In this document: in pieces, positions 11,273 through 42,602 of the stretch | Numbering within the stretch: the first letter of the stretch is position 1 | How the letters are laid out: each line of letters opens with the position of its first letter | From: Ascidiella aspersa | Taxonomy: Eukaryota | Direction: 5' to 3' | NCBI GenBank assembly: GCA_963924565.1 | Contig: OZ004613.1 | Span: 7,068,001-7,132,000, forward strand | DNA length: 64,000 nt | The notes under the pieces: generated by a model | Database searches by the model: none | Seen by the model: the letters and a program-made list of their open reading frames with translations, nothing else | Told to the model about the DNA's origin: nothing | Translations under genes and position numbers: made by a program

Positions 11273-14200
11273 ATGGTCTCGCGGAAAAGCCTAGCCGTCA
11301 TTTTTGCCGTGTGCATTTTTCTGACTCAATGCGAAAAGGCGGAAACGCTCCGTTTAAAGCGAACACCGACGATTCCGCAAGAAACGGGGACCCGACTTAC
11401 AGTAAACAACGCCACACAAACAACGCCGTTAACCGACAACCGGTTCGGACAACGGGCAAAAGGCGGAAACAACGAAACGCGGAACAGAAGGCCGGAATAC
11501 GGAGCCGAAATTGCGGAAGGGATTTCCGCAAATGAAGCGCGAGGAATGAGAAGATCAAATGTGCCGGAGAGCGCGAACGAATACGGCTCTGTGTCGCGAC
11601 TTCAGCGCAGCAAGACCTTTGTAACGTGGCTGGCAGCCTTTGTTCAGGTTTGAGTTTGAATTGCGTTTTTTAAACTTCGAAGTTCTAAGTTAAGGTTTAT
11701 AGCAGGGAGCACATTGTAAGTAGCTCGGTAAAGTTTAATGCAGGGGTAGGCAACCTACAGAGCGCAAGCTGCATCCGGCCCGCCAACTCAAACTGCGCAG
11801 AAGGTCAATCGTTGTATTTTTTTGTGTATTTTAACTGTGTAAATGGATAAAAGTTTTTTTGCACACTAAACTAGATTAGCGATCAAATTTATCGCGTTTC
11901 TCTAAAGTATTTTTGTTATACCTTTCCATTGTGATAATGGATGACGCTGTGTTGACTTGAGCATAAAATCAAAGAAACGCGTGTTTGTCTTTACAAGTAG
12001 GCTAATGAGACCGATTTTAAAATGCAAAAAAAAACTAGCTACGCCCCTTATGTTAAACTAAACGCTTTACAGAAGTATCAGTTAAAATTCATGACGGCTC
12101 GCCGGACCTTTCTAAGTTTGGGTCGGACCCGCGACTAGGAAAAGTTTACCGACCCCTGGTTTAGTGTATAGCAGGCCTACACAACACATAATTTACAAAG
12201 TAACATGATATGAAAATTCATGTTTTATATTTCAGAATATTTTTCCACTTGCCCGCGGCGTACCGGGAAGCGCAGGCAAATCTGATCACGTTTTATTGTT
12301 CAATGCTTTTAGTTAGATTCCGAAAGCGTTTTCTTCTAAATTTCAGGCCGAGATAAGTGGTTCCTAGTGAGGGATCGGTTACAGGATTTTCCGCGGGTGC
12401 ATTGGAAGTTAGGAAAGCTGTTTTAAAAATATTGCTGGAAAAAAGGAGACTTTTTATTTCAACCACAGTTTTAAAATGAGACATTTTTAAGTTGAATACA
12501 GTTTTAAAATGAGGCTTTTTTAATTCGGCTACAGTTTTAAAAGACAGGTAAATAAAAGCGTCCGTTAATTTAACAATGTCTCGTAAATAGGTCAGAGTAA
12601 AAAAAAATCGGAAAAGGCTATTCACCCGTACATCTAAGTAGTTCAAATCAGCATTTAATCACTAACGGGTGCAAGGTAAACTTCCTGAGGTTACTTCCCG
12701 GCTAACGAATCATTTCAAATCGATTTTCTATGCAAACTCCGAAAAATACAATATGATATTACCACCATCCAAATTCAAACGCTAACCCTGGACCGTATTG
12801 GTGCAGGCGTAAAAAAACGATCAGGTCAAATAGCCGTAAAAAATGGGAACCACTGCTTTGCGGCAGATTTAATAAACACGGCGAAAATCACATCAAGGTT
12901 TTTTTGCAACGTTTTAAAACAAATTAAATTAAACAATGTAATACAAAAACGCGTACAATAATCCGCAGACCTTCATCAAAGGCATCAACTGCAAAGCGGC
13001 GAGACGATATTTCACGAGCGAAGCGCGATGCGAAATGGTGAAACGAACACCTTTCCACAACATGAGGTTCTACGGCACACAACGAGAACTCAACGCGGTG
13101 TATTCGGTGGTGAGTTGATAGTGTGATATAATGTAGCAGTAACCTATGCAGCACTTTAAGCTGCGCCAAACTTTGTCCGCAGACACAGATACATTTCGTC
13201 ACCGCTGAAAAAAATGAGAGACCACAACTATTGCTTCAAACCATTAACTGCTAGTCTTCTGCTGTAGTCACAAAAATAAGACTAAAATACCTTAAGTAAA
13301 CACTGTCCCATTTGCCCAAATTGCATACCTATACTAAGATATAGTACTGTATATAGTAAAATACGGCAAACTTTGTCATTCTATACCAGGGGTGCGCAAT
13401 CTGCCAGATGCGGCCAATGCAAATTATGCGGCCTGCGACCTATTTTACAAACAGGTCACTACGCCATTCTTCATATTTTTTGCCTATTTCAACTAGTGAG
13501 AAACAAATTTCTTAAGTTTTGTTCCTGCATCGAGTGCAAGTTGTACTTGGACAAATTTTTAATTGCAAAATACGCTAGTTTTATACCTGATCAACAGTCG
13601 TTGTTGTTATAACAAGATGCGTGAAGTCTACAAAATTAATTTAACAGATCTTTCTGAGTTCAAAAAATGTTCTCTATAAACAGCAAGACTTAAAATGCAC
13701 TTAGAGCGACTCTATAGATACCTCTTCGATAACTGCGCGCGCCTTTGTAAAATTAATTTAATAAATAAAAACAGCAAGACGGGCGTAAAAAAAATTATAT
13801 TTAATTTGCTAATATTCGAGATCAAATAGCCACACAGCTTGGAATACAAAATCAAAGACGTTGGTTGTAACTACATCTGTTAACTTAAAATAACTTTTAA
13901 TCATGTTTTCTTTACTTATTTTGTCAATCTACATCAATCAATTTCTTATAAAATCTCATTTTAGGCCCTACACTTCAAAAAACTGTTATTTTTAAATAAG
14001 TTGGACCTAAAAAGTTAAAAAATATCGCTGCTAAAAATTTGAAAAAAGAAGCAACTGTCACTCACTTTTTCTTATTAAAGGCGATTCCTGAAGGTCGTTT
14101 GCGCGACCTTGCATCTCACCACGCGGTGGCAGTAGTGGATCCCTTCCCCTCTGCCAGCTTCGGTCACTTGGTTCTTGTTTTTTACGTCGACGGAATGACA

Positions 14201-17200
14201 AAGCTGGCCTGCTTCGAACGAAAGGGATTGTACATGGGTAAGGTTAGGCTTAAACATTGGGGCAGCTAAATGAATGTTAAATTTTTACATTGAAACTAGT
14301 TATTTGTCGATATCTCACAATTTCGATTGCGCGTCTTTAGTTTCTTGGCCAACCATATAGTTAACTAGTTACTTGCAGTCAACGAAATAAATAGCTTCGA
14401 GGGGCACGTCACCATTTCAACCTATACATTAACAAAGAATATAGTCCGTACAATTATTTAGTTTTAAAAACTTTTAGGCTGCAATCCCCTTGACAAAATT
14501 TAACAAAACTTGCGCACCCTTTTCTAATATTATGTTTTGAAGCCACAAGGTGCACATCATGCTTGTTACTTTCCGTGTAGAATGATCTACATTATTCTAG
14601 CAGTGCTTACATTAATATAAACATCGCTAAGCGAAATAGGACGCTTAAATGTTAAACTATGAAAATATGCAAAATATTGGTAGGAATATTAAATCCGATA
14701 CAGAAGTCGTTCTTATGTTGAACGATTCGAAAATGATGATACTGGAAACGTTCAAAATGATACCTACTTCTATATCGGCTTTGATATTCTTACTACGTCT
14801 TACTACAATATGAAAAACATGTTTGATATCTGCGGCTTACATTTTTTCATAGTTGTCTGCGATTTTCGTCGGTTATACGTAAGCCTAACACCTTTTTGCT
14901 GACCTAATCGCACGTCAAGTAACCCGAAGTTGTTCGTACAGGCGACAACCTGTGCATCAGCCAAGCGCGAAGGTTCAGATGTCGCAATCACTTCCGCAAC
15001 CAACTGACGCCCGACCAGGTCGCCAAGAAGTGCGAGATCAACTTCATACCGACAGTTTACAACACACAGGAGGAAGGTATGTAAGCTTAGTACGTTTTGT
15101 TGCCATACCGATACCCACAAATTTTGACAAAATCCGATCAGACGCCAAATTTCGTCATATGCTCAAACGTAAAAGATAGATAAAATTAAAACATTGGAAA
15201 TTAAAAAAACACCTGCGTTGCGAAAAATAGCGAATGATGGCAGAAAATTTTGTATTAAATACCACACTAGTATCGGAAGAATGGCGATACTACAACTTGG
15301 TTTCGGGTATATGTATGACCTCCGACCCGATATTATAGGACATTCCTATCTGAAGTGACTATAACAGCCCCTTGTAACCTAACAGTGGCACATAAGGATG
15401 GTGATTTCAAAGCGTCCCTCAGCATGATGTTCGGTAAATCATAAAACACAAGCAACGAAACAGAAATCTACAATTTAATAATGGTTAATCTAATGCTTAC
15501 GTGCACCAACAATGCCGTGTTTTAAGTAATGCAGCCATGCTCAATTGTATTGCGGCTGATCGCAATTGCTATTTTAACAACAAATCACCAATTTACATAC
15601 TTTATTCGGCATTAACTTTCTAAAACAAATTATCTTATAATTATAAATTCAATAAACACCCAATAATAAAAACATTACGTGTACATTACATGTACATTGT
15701 CTGCCTTGGGAATTTATTAGTGTGAAATAAAAACAATTTTCGGAATAATGAAGTGTGAATACAACTGAACTCGAATGTTTTGCAGTGCTTCTTTCGAGCC
15801 TGTAGGCAGTGACCTTACGCAAGTAGCATAACGTGTACCATTTAAAAATAGGAATTTGCCCCACCAGGCAACACAATATTGGTGTAAAAAAAGTTATTAA
15901 ACGACGTCTATTCATCAGGATAAATAATTAAAACGTCGGTTATACCGCCGTTTAGATCAAACGAATTCTATCTATTTACACATTTTGGTTTAATATATTA
16001 TACCAGTTGAATTCTCTAGAAGGTTCATAAACTCAAATTGTGATTTACATATAAAGTAAGCTGTTTGTTCTGTCATAGGCCCAACAAGAGTCCAACAGCT
16101 TGAGTGTATTCCTTACCTTGCCGGTTTTGGGTCATGTCCACTGCAACTTGCTACCGAATCAGAGATCATTGAGAACTGCGAGCTTCAAGCCAACTCAAAG
16201 AGGTGCTACGTTAAGGTAACTTCGCGGACTTGTGACTCTTCTAACGTTTCTAGTAAAACTGTTTATATTTTAACCTCAACCTTAGGCGGCTTTTGACAAC
16301 ACTTGATAAGCTTAAGATGATTTTTAATTTCGGATAATTTTTAAAATGCGATTTAAATAGATAAAATTTTGCACTAAAAACTTTGCTCTACGAAAAAAAT
16401 AATCAAAACAAATTACGGGAAATACCCGTTAAGATAGAAATGGACAATTAATTAGTATAATTTTATCCAAAAAGGGGTTACTAAACATTCCAACAACAGT
16501 CAATTTTTCCGAAAAATAATTTCATTACATTGTGAAAAAATATGTATAGATAAGTACTAAGTACATAAATGAAAATACAAAGAATTTCGTGAAATTTAGA
16601 ATTATTGTTATAACTAGCAAGTATTCAAGTCAAACCCACTAATGATAACAAGACGATTTTAATCAAATTATCAAGGGTTTTTCTGACAAATATGTATTCA
16701 GCGCCGACGTTTCTATCATATAACAGGTAATCTTCTTCAGGGCAATAAACTTGTAACTTTACAGAAGGGTATATATACAGTGAGTCAAACGACCAAAAAC
16801 AAAATAATTAATCTTGTTCTGTTCAGGAGTCAAAAGCCCCAGAAGCGAGGTTGCCGCTGTGTCGTCTCTACGCCCGGTGCGACCACGCCGTGACGTTGTT
16901 CGGAGGGTGGAATGACGTCACTATGTTTACACGTCACGAGGATCACCTACAGCGATTTTACACGATGCTGAAGAGGAACGGATTCAAGAAGCAGAATATA
17001 CAAGTGTTCTATAACGGCAACGGCAATGTTCCACGTGGGTTGAAATTAAATTTTTTTAGACTTGACTTCGAACACAATATAAACCAGTGTCATAAACATG
17101 TCACTTTGAAATGACTTAAGTCCAAGTCAAGTCATTTTAAATAAATACTTAAATAACCCAATATATATTAAAAAAACACTTAATGAAAACCCTTTATTTC

Positions 17201-20200
17201 AACCCAAGCCAATTATCTTAAAGACTAAGTCTAGTCAAGTCATTTTGTCTAAAAGACTTAAGTCAAGTCATTTGAAACCAGTGACAAAGTGCACTTGAGT
17301 CAAGTCATTGACTTAAGTCACTACAACACTGATATAAACTTATATTTTTTTATAATATGACATATGACGCTTAAGAAGATAATTTGCATGGAAATTATTT
17401 ACGTGCGATGTCCAAATACCGTGTTTTGTATGTTGTTAAGATTTCCTCTCGTTGAAACAATGTGACCATGAGAGTTTAGAACTGCCACACTATCGATCAC
17501 TATTTAGGCATGCATAATGTTTTGAAAAAAATTGCAAAATTTAAATAGTTTTTCTTGGCCATTGCGGTTAAGTAAAGGCAATTATTCAGGGATATTTGCT
17601 GTTCCTAAATTGTGACAAAAACTGTTGGCAAAATTAGTTACATACTGCACAAAGGGTATTATTTGCATTGTCTCTAGTCATACAGATTTTTTGTTGGCTA
17701 CTTTCTTGCATAACACTATTGAAACTGATCCTAAAGCCGAGCTTCTTAAAATCGCAGTGGGTGACTCCTACCGCCATGGATTACCAGCAAGCAGCAAGAA
17801 CGCAATCCGTAATCACATCACCACTCTTTGTCGCTCTGCTGTCTGCGTCGACTCGTTCGTGATTTACCTGAACGGACCTACAACGTCGGACGGGTCGATT
17901 CTGCTGTGGGACAATAACGGAGATGGAGAGGTGAGAATGGCAGTGAATTTTTAGAGTGGGTGGTCGGCAGAAATGCACCTTTAGTGTGGAACGTTTTGGA
18001 AGGTTAAATTAGAAGGTAGTCTGGCGCTGGTCTCAAAACCTACCACATCTTCGTCTGGGGGTTTATATTGCTAACATGATTTGGGTTTTGCAGCGAGTTG
18101 ACCATTGGGTTTGGGTAAGTCTCGTATTAGTATTATATTTATTCTCCCATATTTATTTCTTCCGTGTAATTTTTTCGGCGCAGGTCTAGAATTCTACCAC
18201 ATTGTGGTTCGGGGGGTTATATTGGTAACATTCTTTGGGTTAAGGTGCGAGTTAGCGTTTGGTTTGGGTAAGTAAACAAGGGTAATTTGATTCCGACATA
18301 TTTGCAAACGGAAGGCCTTCAGTTCATTCACAACACTAATTACAGCAAAGATTATAAGTGTTTTTTAAATGATCCTTGGGGACCACATGGTGGCCTATTT
18401 ATAGGTTCATGTATATTTCTTATGAAGTTATACTTTTGTTGCTGAGTAGCAATGATGTTTTACCGTTTCAAAAAAATTGTTGTAAACACGTCATTTTAAA
18501 TTGACTTCAATTGAAGTCAGGTCATTTGTAAATGTCCCAGTCAAGTCATTTGTAAAATAACTCAAGTCCAAGTTATGTCCTTTTGCATAAATAAGAAGTC
18601 AAGTACTCGTTATTAGAGCAGAACTTCGACCAAGACAGGAAAGTCTGAAGATTATTTGCCAAAAAGTATTGAGAAAATTAGCGTCGATCTCGGGACGTTC
18701 TATACGTTCCAGGCACCGAATGATGCATCGATTAGAAAGTGTACATACACACAAAGTCACGCAACCCTTAGCGTTATCTTAACTTTCTCCAAGCCTTACT
18801 TACGCAATGGGCCAGCTAACAGCCTACAGGTTGTGTCTGTATATGTTTCCCCAAACAAGATATTCCTGGAATACGTCAGTCGTCAGTGCACGCGCGCTCG
18901 AGACTGACATTTCGTTGTTTAGCTTTAGCGTCCGGTCACGCAGTAAGGCATTTACAGAGGGATACAGGATCTTCAGAAACCAATTAGTACGCAAATATGC
19001 AACTGAAGTTGGGTCTAATCGCGAAAATAAGCGTTTCTTTGGTTTAAATTAGCTTTTTCATAATTTAGGAGACGGGCGCATAGGGAATAAACGAGATTAG
19101 CATATTTCGCAATAAAATGGCATTTGTAGATCAATTTAGCACAAACCGTGTTTTTGTAGAGTGTATAAGTTCACACGCCGCCTTTTTGCTAAAACCTTTG
19201 GCTAATGACGCTTTCGGGTCGTGACCTATAAATCTAGGGAAAGCACATCTACATCATTTTGGAAATAATGTTGCACTGAATATGTGATTTTTGGAAATCA
19301 CCTTGACCTGTACAAGATGAATGTTGACCCCAATTCCTAATCAGTAACAGCAGAAGAGTATTCTGTTTGAAAAAAATATATTGACGATGCCTTTGCTGGC
19401 GAAATATATAATTATATATGTCGTTTAGTATCTATCAATAGTGTCTAACCTGAATAACCAGGCTTAAAAGTTTGTTAACAATATGTTAAGCTTTGGGTAC
19501 AGTGCGAAAAATGAATTCCGTGGTTCTGATAAAATCTTGGACAAAACTGGACAACCACCAGATTGGAAAATACTTAATCAATAGGAAAAACTTTAAATCA
19601 CGTGTGGATGAAACAATAACTACTGTTAGTTAGAATAAAAAAATATTGAGTCCGCGAGAAGTCAAAAAAACATTTGCATAGCCTACACAAAGTAACATCC
19701 TAGATCATTGGTTCTCAAACTTTTTAAAAAACAATACGCAACGGTCCTCTAGCAATGTTTCAAATTGCTCACGGTCCCCTTAAAAATATACACAATTAAA
19801 CACCAACTAACACGTTGTTTTTAATGGTGTCAGTAGGCTTGGTCATACCGTATTTAATATTGTAACGCTAACTAAATCACTTTACTTAATAGAAGTAGTC
19901 ACGAACAGTTTTGAAACAGTGGTCTCACAACCCACAGTGGCAGCACAGCAAGCTGTAAAAACGTAATTCTCATTAGCACAACACAATACTATAAAAATTT
20001 GTTAGGTGCTTTGCGGTCCCAGAAAATTGTCTCGCGGACTCCAAAAGGACTGCGGACCCTAGTTTGAGAACCACTGTCCTAGATCCATATATTGACACGT
20101 ATCCCCGAATGCCCGTCGTGCTAACACGTTGCACGTTACGTGTGGCTCCTGGAATGTAGATTTTTGCGATACGAGGATTGTTTAGGGTGTTGTGGTACAG

Positions 20201-22313
20201 TCGATGATTGCCATCGAGGTCAGATATGGCGAAAGATAACCAAACAGGTTGTAGTTTGTTAAGCGGGAAATTTAGTTTGGCTACGTTATACAACATTCAA
20301 TCACAACGAAAGGTTGGCACGACCTGTTTAATGGAAGACTAAAAGGCTTATCCCCATATTAACCACCAGTGTAGCCATTGTGACGTCCAAGTCAAGTATT
20401 TTTGAATGGTTAACAAGTTAAGTCCCAGTCAAGACATAATTAAAACAAGTCAATTGCAAGTCAAGTCCTTGTCCAAAAATGAAACGTTAAAGTATTAAAA
20501 TTGGCAAGTTCGTCCCATTATGAGCAATAACTCAAGTAAAAATGAAAGAAAAACACAACATATAGCAAGCAAATAGCTCAATGTGCAAAACTTAAGATAA
20601 ATAAGCCAAATTTATAAAATATGCTTAACGAAAACATTTCATTTTCAAGTCATTGGTCCAAAAGGCTTAAGTCAAGTCAAGTCTTTTAAAAACAGTGACT
20701 AAAGTCAATTCACTGTCTTAATTCTTTGCAACACTGCTAACCACGCTTCCTTGTTTATCTAATTTAGCACCAGCCTATGCAAACTAGTTTCTATACAGAG
20801 AGGCCCGCAGACAATTTTCCAGGGGGGCAATACGAATATATACACACAATTTAGCTTAAATATTACACATATAAACAATAATAATAATCGCATTTAAAAT
20901 TCCAGGGGGGGGGGGGGGGGGGCAAGTGATTAAAGAACTTACAAACACTGTTTCTTGTTTAGAAAATACAGCGCTCGCAAAATGCGTAGAATGCGCCTTG
21001 CCTGTCAATCACGACATTCAAGCCCCGCCCTAATTTGCGTTCTAACCCAATTTTCTAAAAAACAAACTTAACATCAATAATATTTTTCCCACAAACTCAG
21101 GCCCAACCGACCGAGGCCTACAGCGTCGACGAGTTCCTTGATGACGTCACAGACTGCGAGGCCAATCACTTGTTTGTCTTCGCCGAGCAGAGCTACGCCG
21201 GAATTATGACGTCACGTATGCGCGCCCGGATCCAGAACCCGGTGTACCCGGCCACAAGGGCCTCGTGGTCCCGCGTTGTGCTGCTCTCTAGTGGCGGAGA
21301 GTTCGAGTACTCGTGGGGCGATGACGTCATTAGGCACTGGACCGGCCTCTCGCCAATGCTGCCCGTGTCATGGGCCTATGACGTAAGAAACTGCTTGGTT
21401 ATATTTTTTAATTTTTGAATTTCAGCATTTTGTGCAGAAGCTGGCTTGTCTCATCGCTTTAACTTAATGTTAAGCTGTTCTCCCGGATTTTACCTTGACT
21501 GTGGTTATTGGGAAAAGTTTATTATCTTTAATATGAATGTAATTTTAAATTATCAATTCATATTAAACTTAAGTATAGTAAAAATTATACATTTCCCGTG
21601 GTTAGTGTTTCATGCTAAAGATAATAAATTAAAACGGCGCTTGTCTAGAATCCGAGCACTTTTTAACAGTAACGAAACGAGCTGTCAAAATTGAAATTAC
21701 AAGGAGGAAATAAATATGGTGGAACAAATATATTAATATTCCTTGACCCACCCAAACCCAAACGCTATCTCATACCCTAATACATATAATATTAGCAGTG
21801 TAAACGCTCGGACGAAAATGCTAGCTTTTTGGACCGAGATGGTTTGGATGAAGTCTGTTATGTTACAATAAGAAGTGTAACCCGATTAACATATGCAAAT
21901 CAGAATGTATGATGATTTTGGTTTGTAAACCAGCGCCGAATTTCTTTCATGATCTGTGATAGGAAACACACAGCACAGAAAAATATTATATCTACTGTAT
22001 TTAAATTAATATACTTAATTTATAAATTAATTTATACAGCGAAAACTATAACTCTTGCGTTGTGTTCTAAAGTAATTTATAGTTTCCTGCGAATTTTCAG
22101 AACATCGGCTACACACACAGCACCACCAATATGCTGCAGAAGCGACGGGCTCAGGAGTACACCTTGTACGGGGCTCCCATCATTTACGGGTTACCCGTAC
22201 TCGCCGAAAATCCGACTGAGTTACGACGCGAGTACATGGGCTGCCAGGATCTACCCGCCGCTGAGTGGATACTCGAGTTCAACTCGGAATTTAATGAAGC
22301 GAGTCCCGAGTAG
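11273..22313 (+). CDS. Secreted protein (~606 aa) with Cys-rich region and C-terminal legumain/peptidase C13-like (clan CD fold) domain; probably catalytically inactive
   Basis: Exons 11273-11647, 12969-13109, 14081-14237, 14942-15076, 16079-16215, 16827-17034, 17758-17930, 21101-21382, 22101-22313. All introns are GT-AG and the phases join into one ORF. Signal peptide MVSRKSLAVIFAVCIFLTQCEKA. The motifs HAVTLFGGWN..RHEDHLQRFYTMLKRNGFKKQNIQVF, DSFVIYLNGP and HLFVFAEQSYAG align by eye to legumain AVLVAGSNGWYNYRH..AYQIIHRNGIPDEQIVVM, DHVFIYFTDHG and MVFYIEACESG. Confidence 0.85.
11741..12158. mobile_element. hAT (Buster/Charlie-like) MITE
   Basis: Termini CAGGGGTAGGCAACC / GTTTACCGACCCCTG; TSD GTTTAATG/GTTTAGTG. 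Confidence 0.8.
12410..12545 (+). repeat. ~30-bp tandem repeat
   Basis: The unit ...acagttttaaaatgagrc.ttttta... is repeated 3-4 times. Confidence 0.6.
17085..17331. mobile_element. hAT-type MITE, GACTT family
   Basis: CAGTGT...ACAACACTG termini with a perfect 8-bp TSD, ATATAAAC. Confidence 0.85.
19706..20076. mobile_element. hAT (Buster/Charlie-like) MITE
   Basis: Termini CATTGGTTCTCAAAC / GTTTGAGAACCACTG; perfect TSD TCCTAGAT. Confidence 0.85.
20367..20736. mobile_element. hAT-type MITE, GACTT family
   Basis: CAGTGTAGC...GCAACACTG termini; TSD TTAACCAC/CTAACCAC. Confidence 0.8.
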
Positions 22314-24541
22314 ACGCGAAGCGATTTTCCGAGTTGCTTTATAAACAAGGACACATTAATGATCTCAAGAAGTGTTTGTCAACATAATTTTCAAGGCAAC
22401 TTCAATGCTAAGCGCAAATTTAAAGGCGAAGGTTTGGCGACCATATTCCTTTTACTGAACTTTTTGTAAGATTAGAGTTAACAAAATACACAAAAATAGT
22501 TAATAAATTAAAATTTAGTTGGTATGAGTCATATCTATGTTTTACTTTAACCATGTGAACTTTTGTCCGATTTCGGGCCGCCACTCATATATGGTCAAGA
22601 AACACTGATCATAAGGTATATTCGCTGTCGCTTGTCTATAATATTTTTATAACTCTTTCACTTTGGTTTCATGTTGAACGAAAATAATATAACCACATAA
22701 TATTCTAAACTTTAAAAACATTTCGAATAAAGAGCGAATGCGTATAACTTTACCATGAAGTAAAATCCCCAAAAGTGTTGATAAAAAATTGACAACCCCC
22801 TTATTTTGCTTCAAAAATTACAAAATTAAAATATCCTAAACTATTCCATTAAGAGATCTTAACTTGTATTTGTGTTGTTATTTTTTGTTGTTCGTTCTAT
22901 TGTTTCAGCCTAGCGTAAAAAAACAGGTCTTGTTTTCAGATGTGCCCAAAAATTAAACAGCCCTACTTTTAGGCAAACAGAACTATTTTCTAAAATAGTT
23001 GAGACATGATATCTTTTTTCTGCTTAATCACCACCCACAAGCCAGTTACGACCGATTTTTGTCTTCAATTTTATCTTATCGTTTGTACAGTTTCGTTTTA
23101 TTGTGGATTTTTGCTGATATTTATTTATACGTTCGTCGTCAACTTTTTAAGGCTATGTTTGTTTTTCGCACCTCTGCTTTTCGTGACCAATAAAAAGCTT
23201 GTGCCGGACAAGTTGTATACAAACAAAAGGATAAATATACTGTTGCTACCTGGCATATGGTATACTAAAAAGAAGCTTTAAGTACCGACAGAGCTTCTTT
23301 TATAATACACATTAGGATCGAATGAAAGTTAACATTTCGGAATGTAAGAGAGGATTTCAGTTGCTAAACAGTTTTAGTTTAAGCTGACAAATTGGACTTT
23401 TTGTCTATTGTGAAATGGCAGTCTAAAAAAACAACGCGTAAATTATGAGCTTGTATAGTATACGTATTCACGCGATTGTATTTCGTATTCACCATAGATA
23501 AAATAGAAAAATGCAAAAAGAAAGGGAAAAGAGGAAGGCAGTTATAAGCAATATACGAGTGCTAAAAACACAAAACGAGAAACCTTAGAACATTATCAAT
23601 TGCACCGTAAAACCGTACCCTACAATTTTCCAACATAATCGTTTTTGCAAAATTGACAAAATATTCGACAACAAACCACCGAACAGAAATACTGTCTCAT
23701 TCAAAAGTTCGTAAAGCCAAACACGCATCTACCGCAAAGTTTTATCATAGGAAATTCACAGTTTTCGTCGCCTGAATGCAAATTACAAATCTACACCAAT
23801 AATTCGTAGTAAAGAGATAGTCCTTGTAGATTGCAATATTTCTTTGACCATAAGCAACAAACTTAAATATTTGAAATAGTTTTAACATCTGCCCTTATTC
23901 TGCAATATATATCAACTTTATATTCATCCCTTAAAATCTTAAATGATTATAAACTTGATTTAAAACAGGAAAATTTAGAATTTTGTTTTATCTGACACTC
24001 TTTAATACTTTAAGATAGCAAAGTCCGATATTTGTCTGATATTTAAGGCAAAACGCGCTACCGACACTATACCAAATGACGTCATTACTACATCAAACAA
24101 GCAATATTGGTCAATATGAAATGTTAAAACGTGATGTTTTTGGGTGGTTGGACCAAAAAAACTTTAGCGCTAATAAACTTAACTTCAATGTGAATATGCT
24201 ATTGTCAAAATAAATATTTGAAGTTCGAGAAAAATTAAAATTAGATGGCAAGCCATGCCTTAAAAGCAAAAAAATAATTCGGTATCGGATGGGCAACGAT
24301 ACCACCCTAGTATCGCGCGAGTACCACTTGGAATCGGGTATCGGCTGCGATCTGACAATATCGGACATCGGTATTTTGTAGGCTTTTAAAGAAATACGCT
24401 CAATCCTTAGCAACAAGATAATAAATAAATAAGCAATATCGAATCACGACCAGCTTGTCAACTTGTCTTTGTCCATGTAAGTCTTGGATGTATTGTATTT
24501 ATAGTTTTTTATAGTTTTTTTTTTTCTATTAAATTGTACAG

Positions 24542-24583
24542 ATAAACTGGTGATGCCATTTACTTGGCGAAATGCATATTTAT
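24542..24583 (+). ncRNA. Minimal hammerhead motif with A6G core change, antisense in the presumed CSL 3' UTR
   Basis: ATAAA-CTGGTGA-T-GCCA-tttact-TGGC-GAAA-TGCA-TA-TTTAT: 5-bp stem I, 4-bp stem II and palindromic stem III. Confidence 0.55.
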
Positions 24584-24657
24584 ATTAAAAGTTTTCCAAC
24601 TTGCTGAGTGATTTTTGTCGAAGCGGTGCGCTTCTCAAGCTTTTATCGAATCGCGAA

Positions 24658-42602
<17,945 letters not shown>

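Noticed and set aside
12236-12320. Possible extra exon of the C13-like gene after the acceptor tttcag (NIFPLARGVPGSAG...)
   Set aside because: It has no good GT donor before an in-frame stop, and exons 1 and 2 already join in frame without it.
20150-20172. TGGAATGTA resembling the 5' end of miR-1
   Set aside because: The match ends after 9 nt and there is no precursor hairpin.
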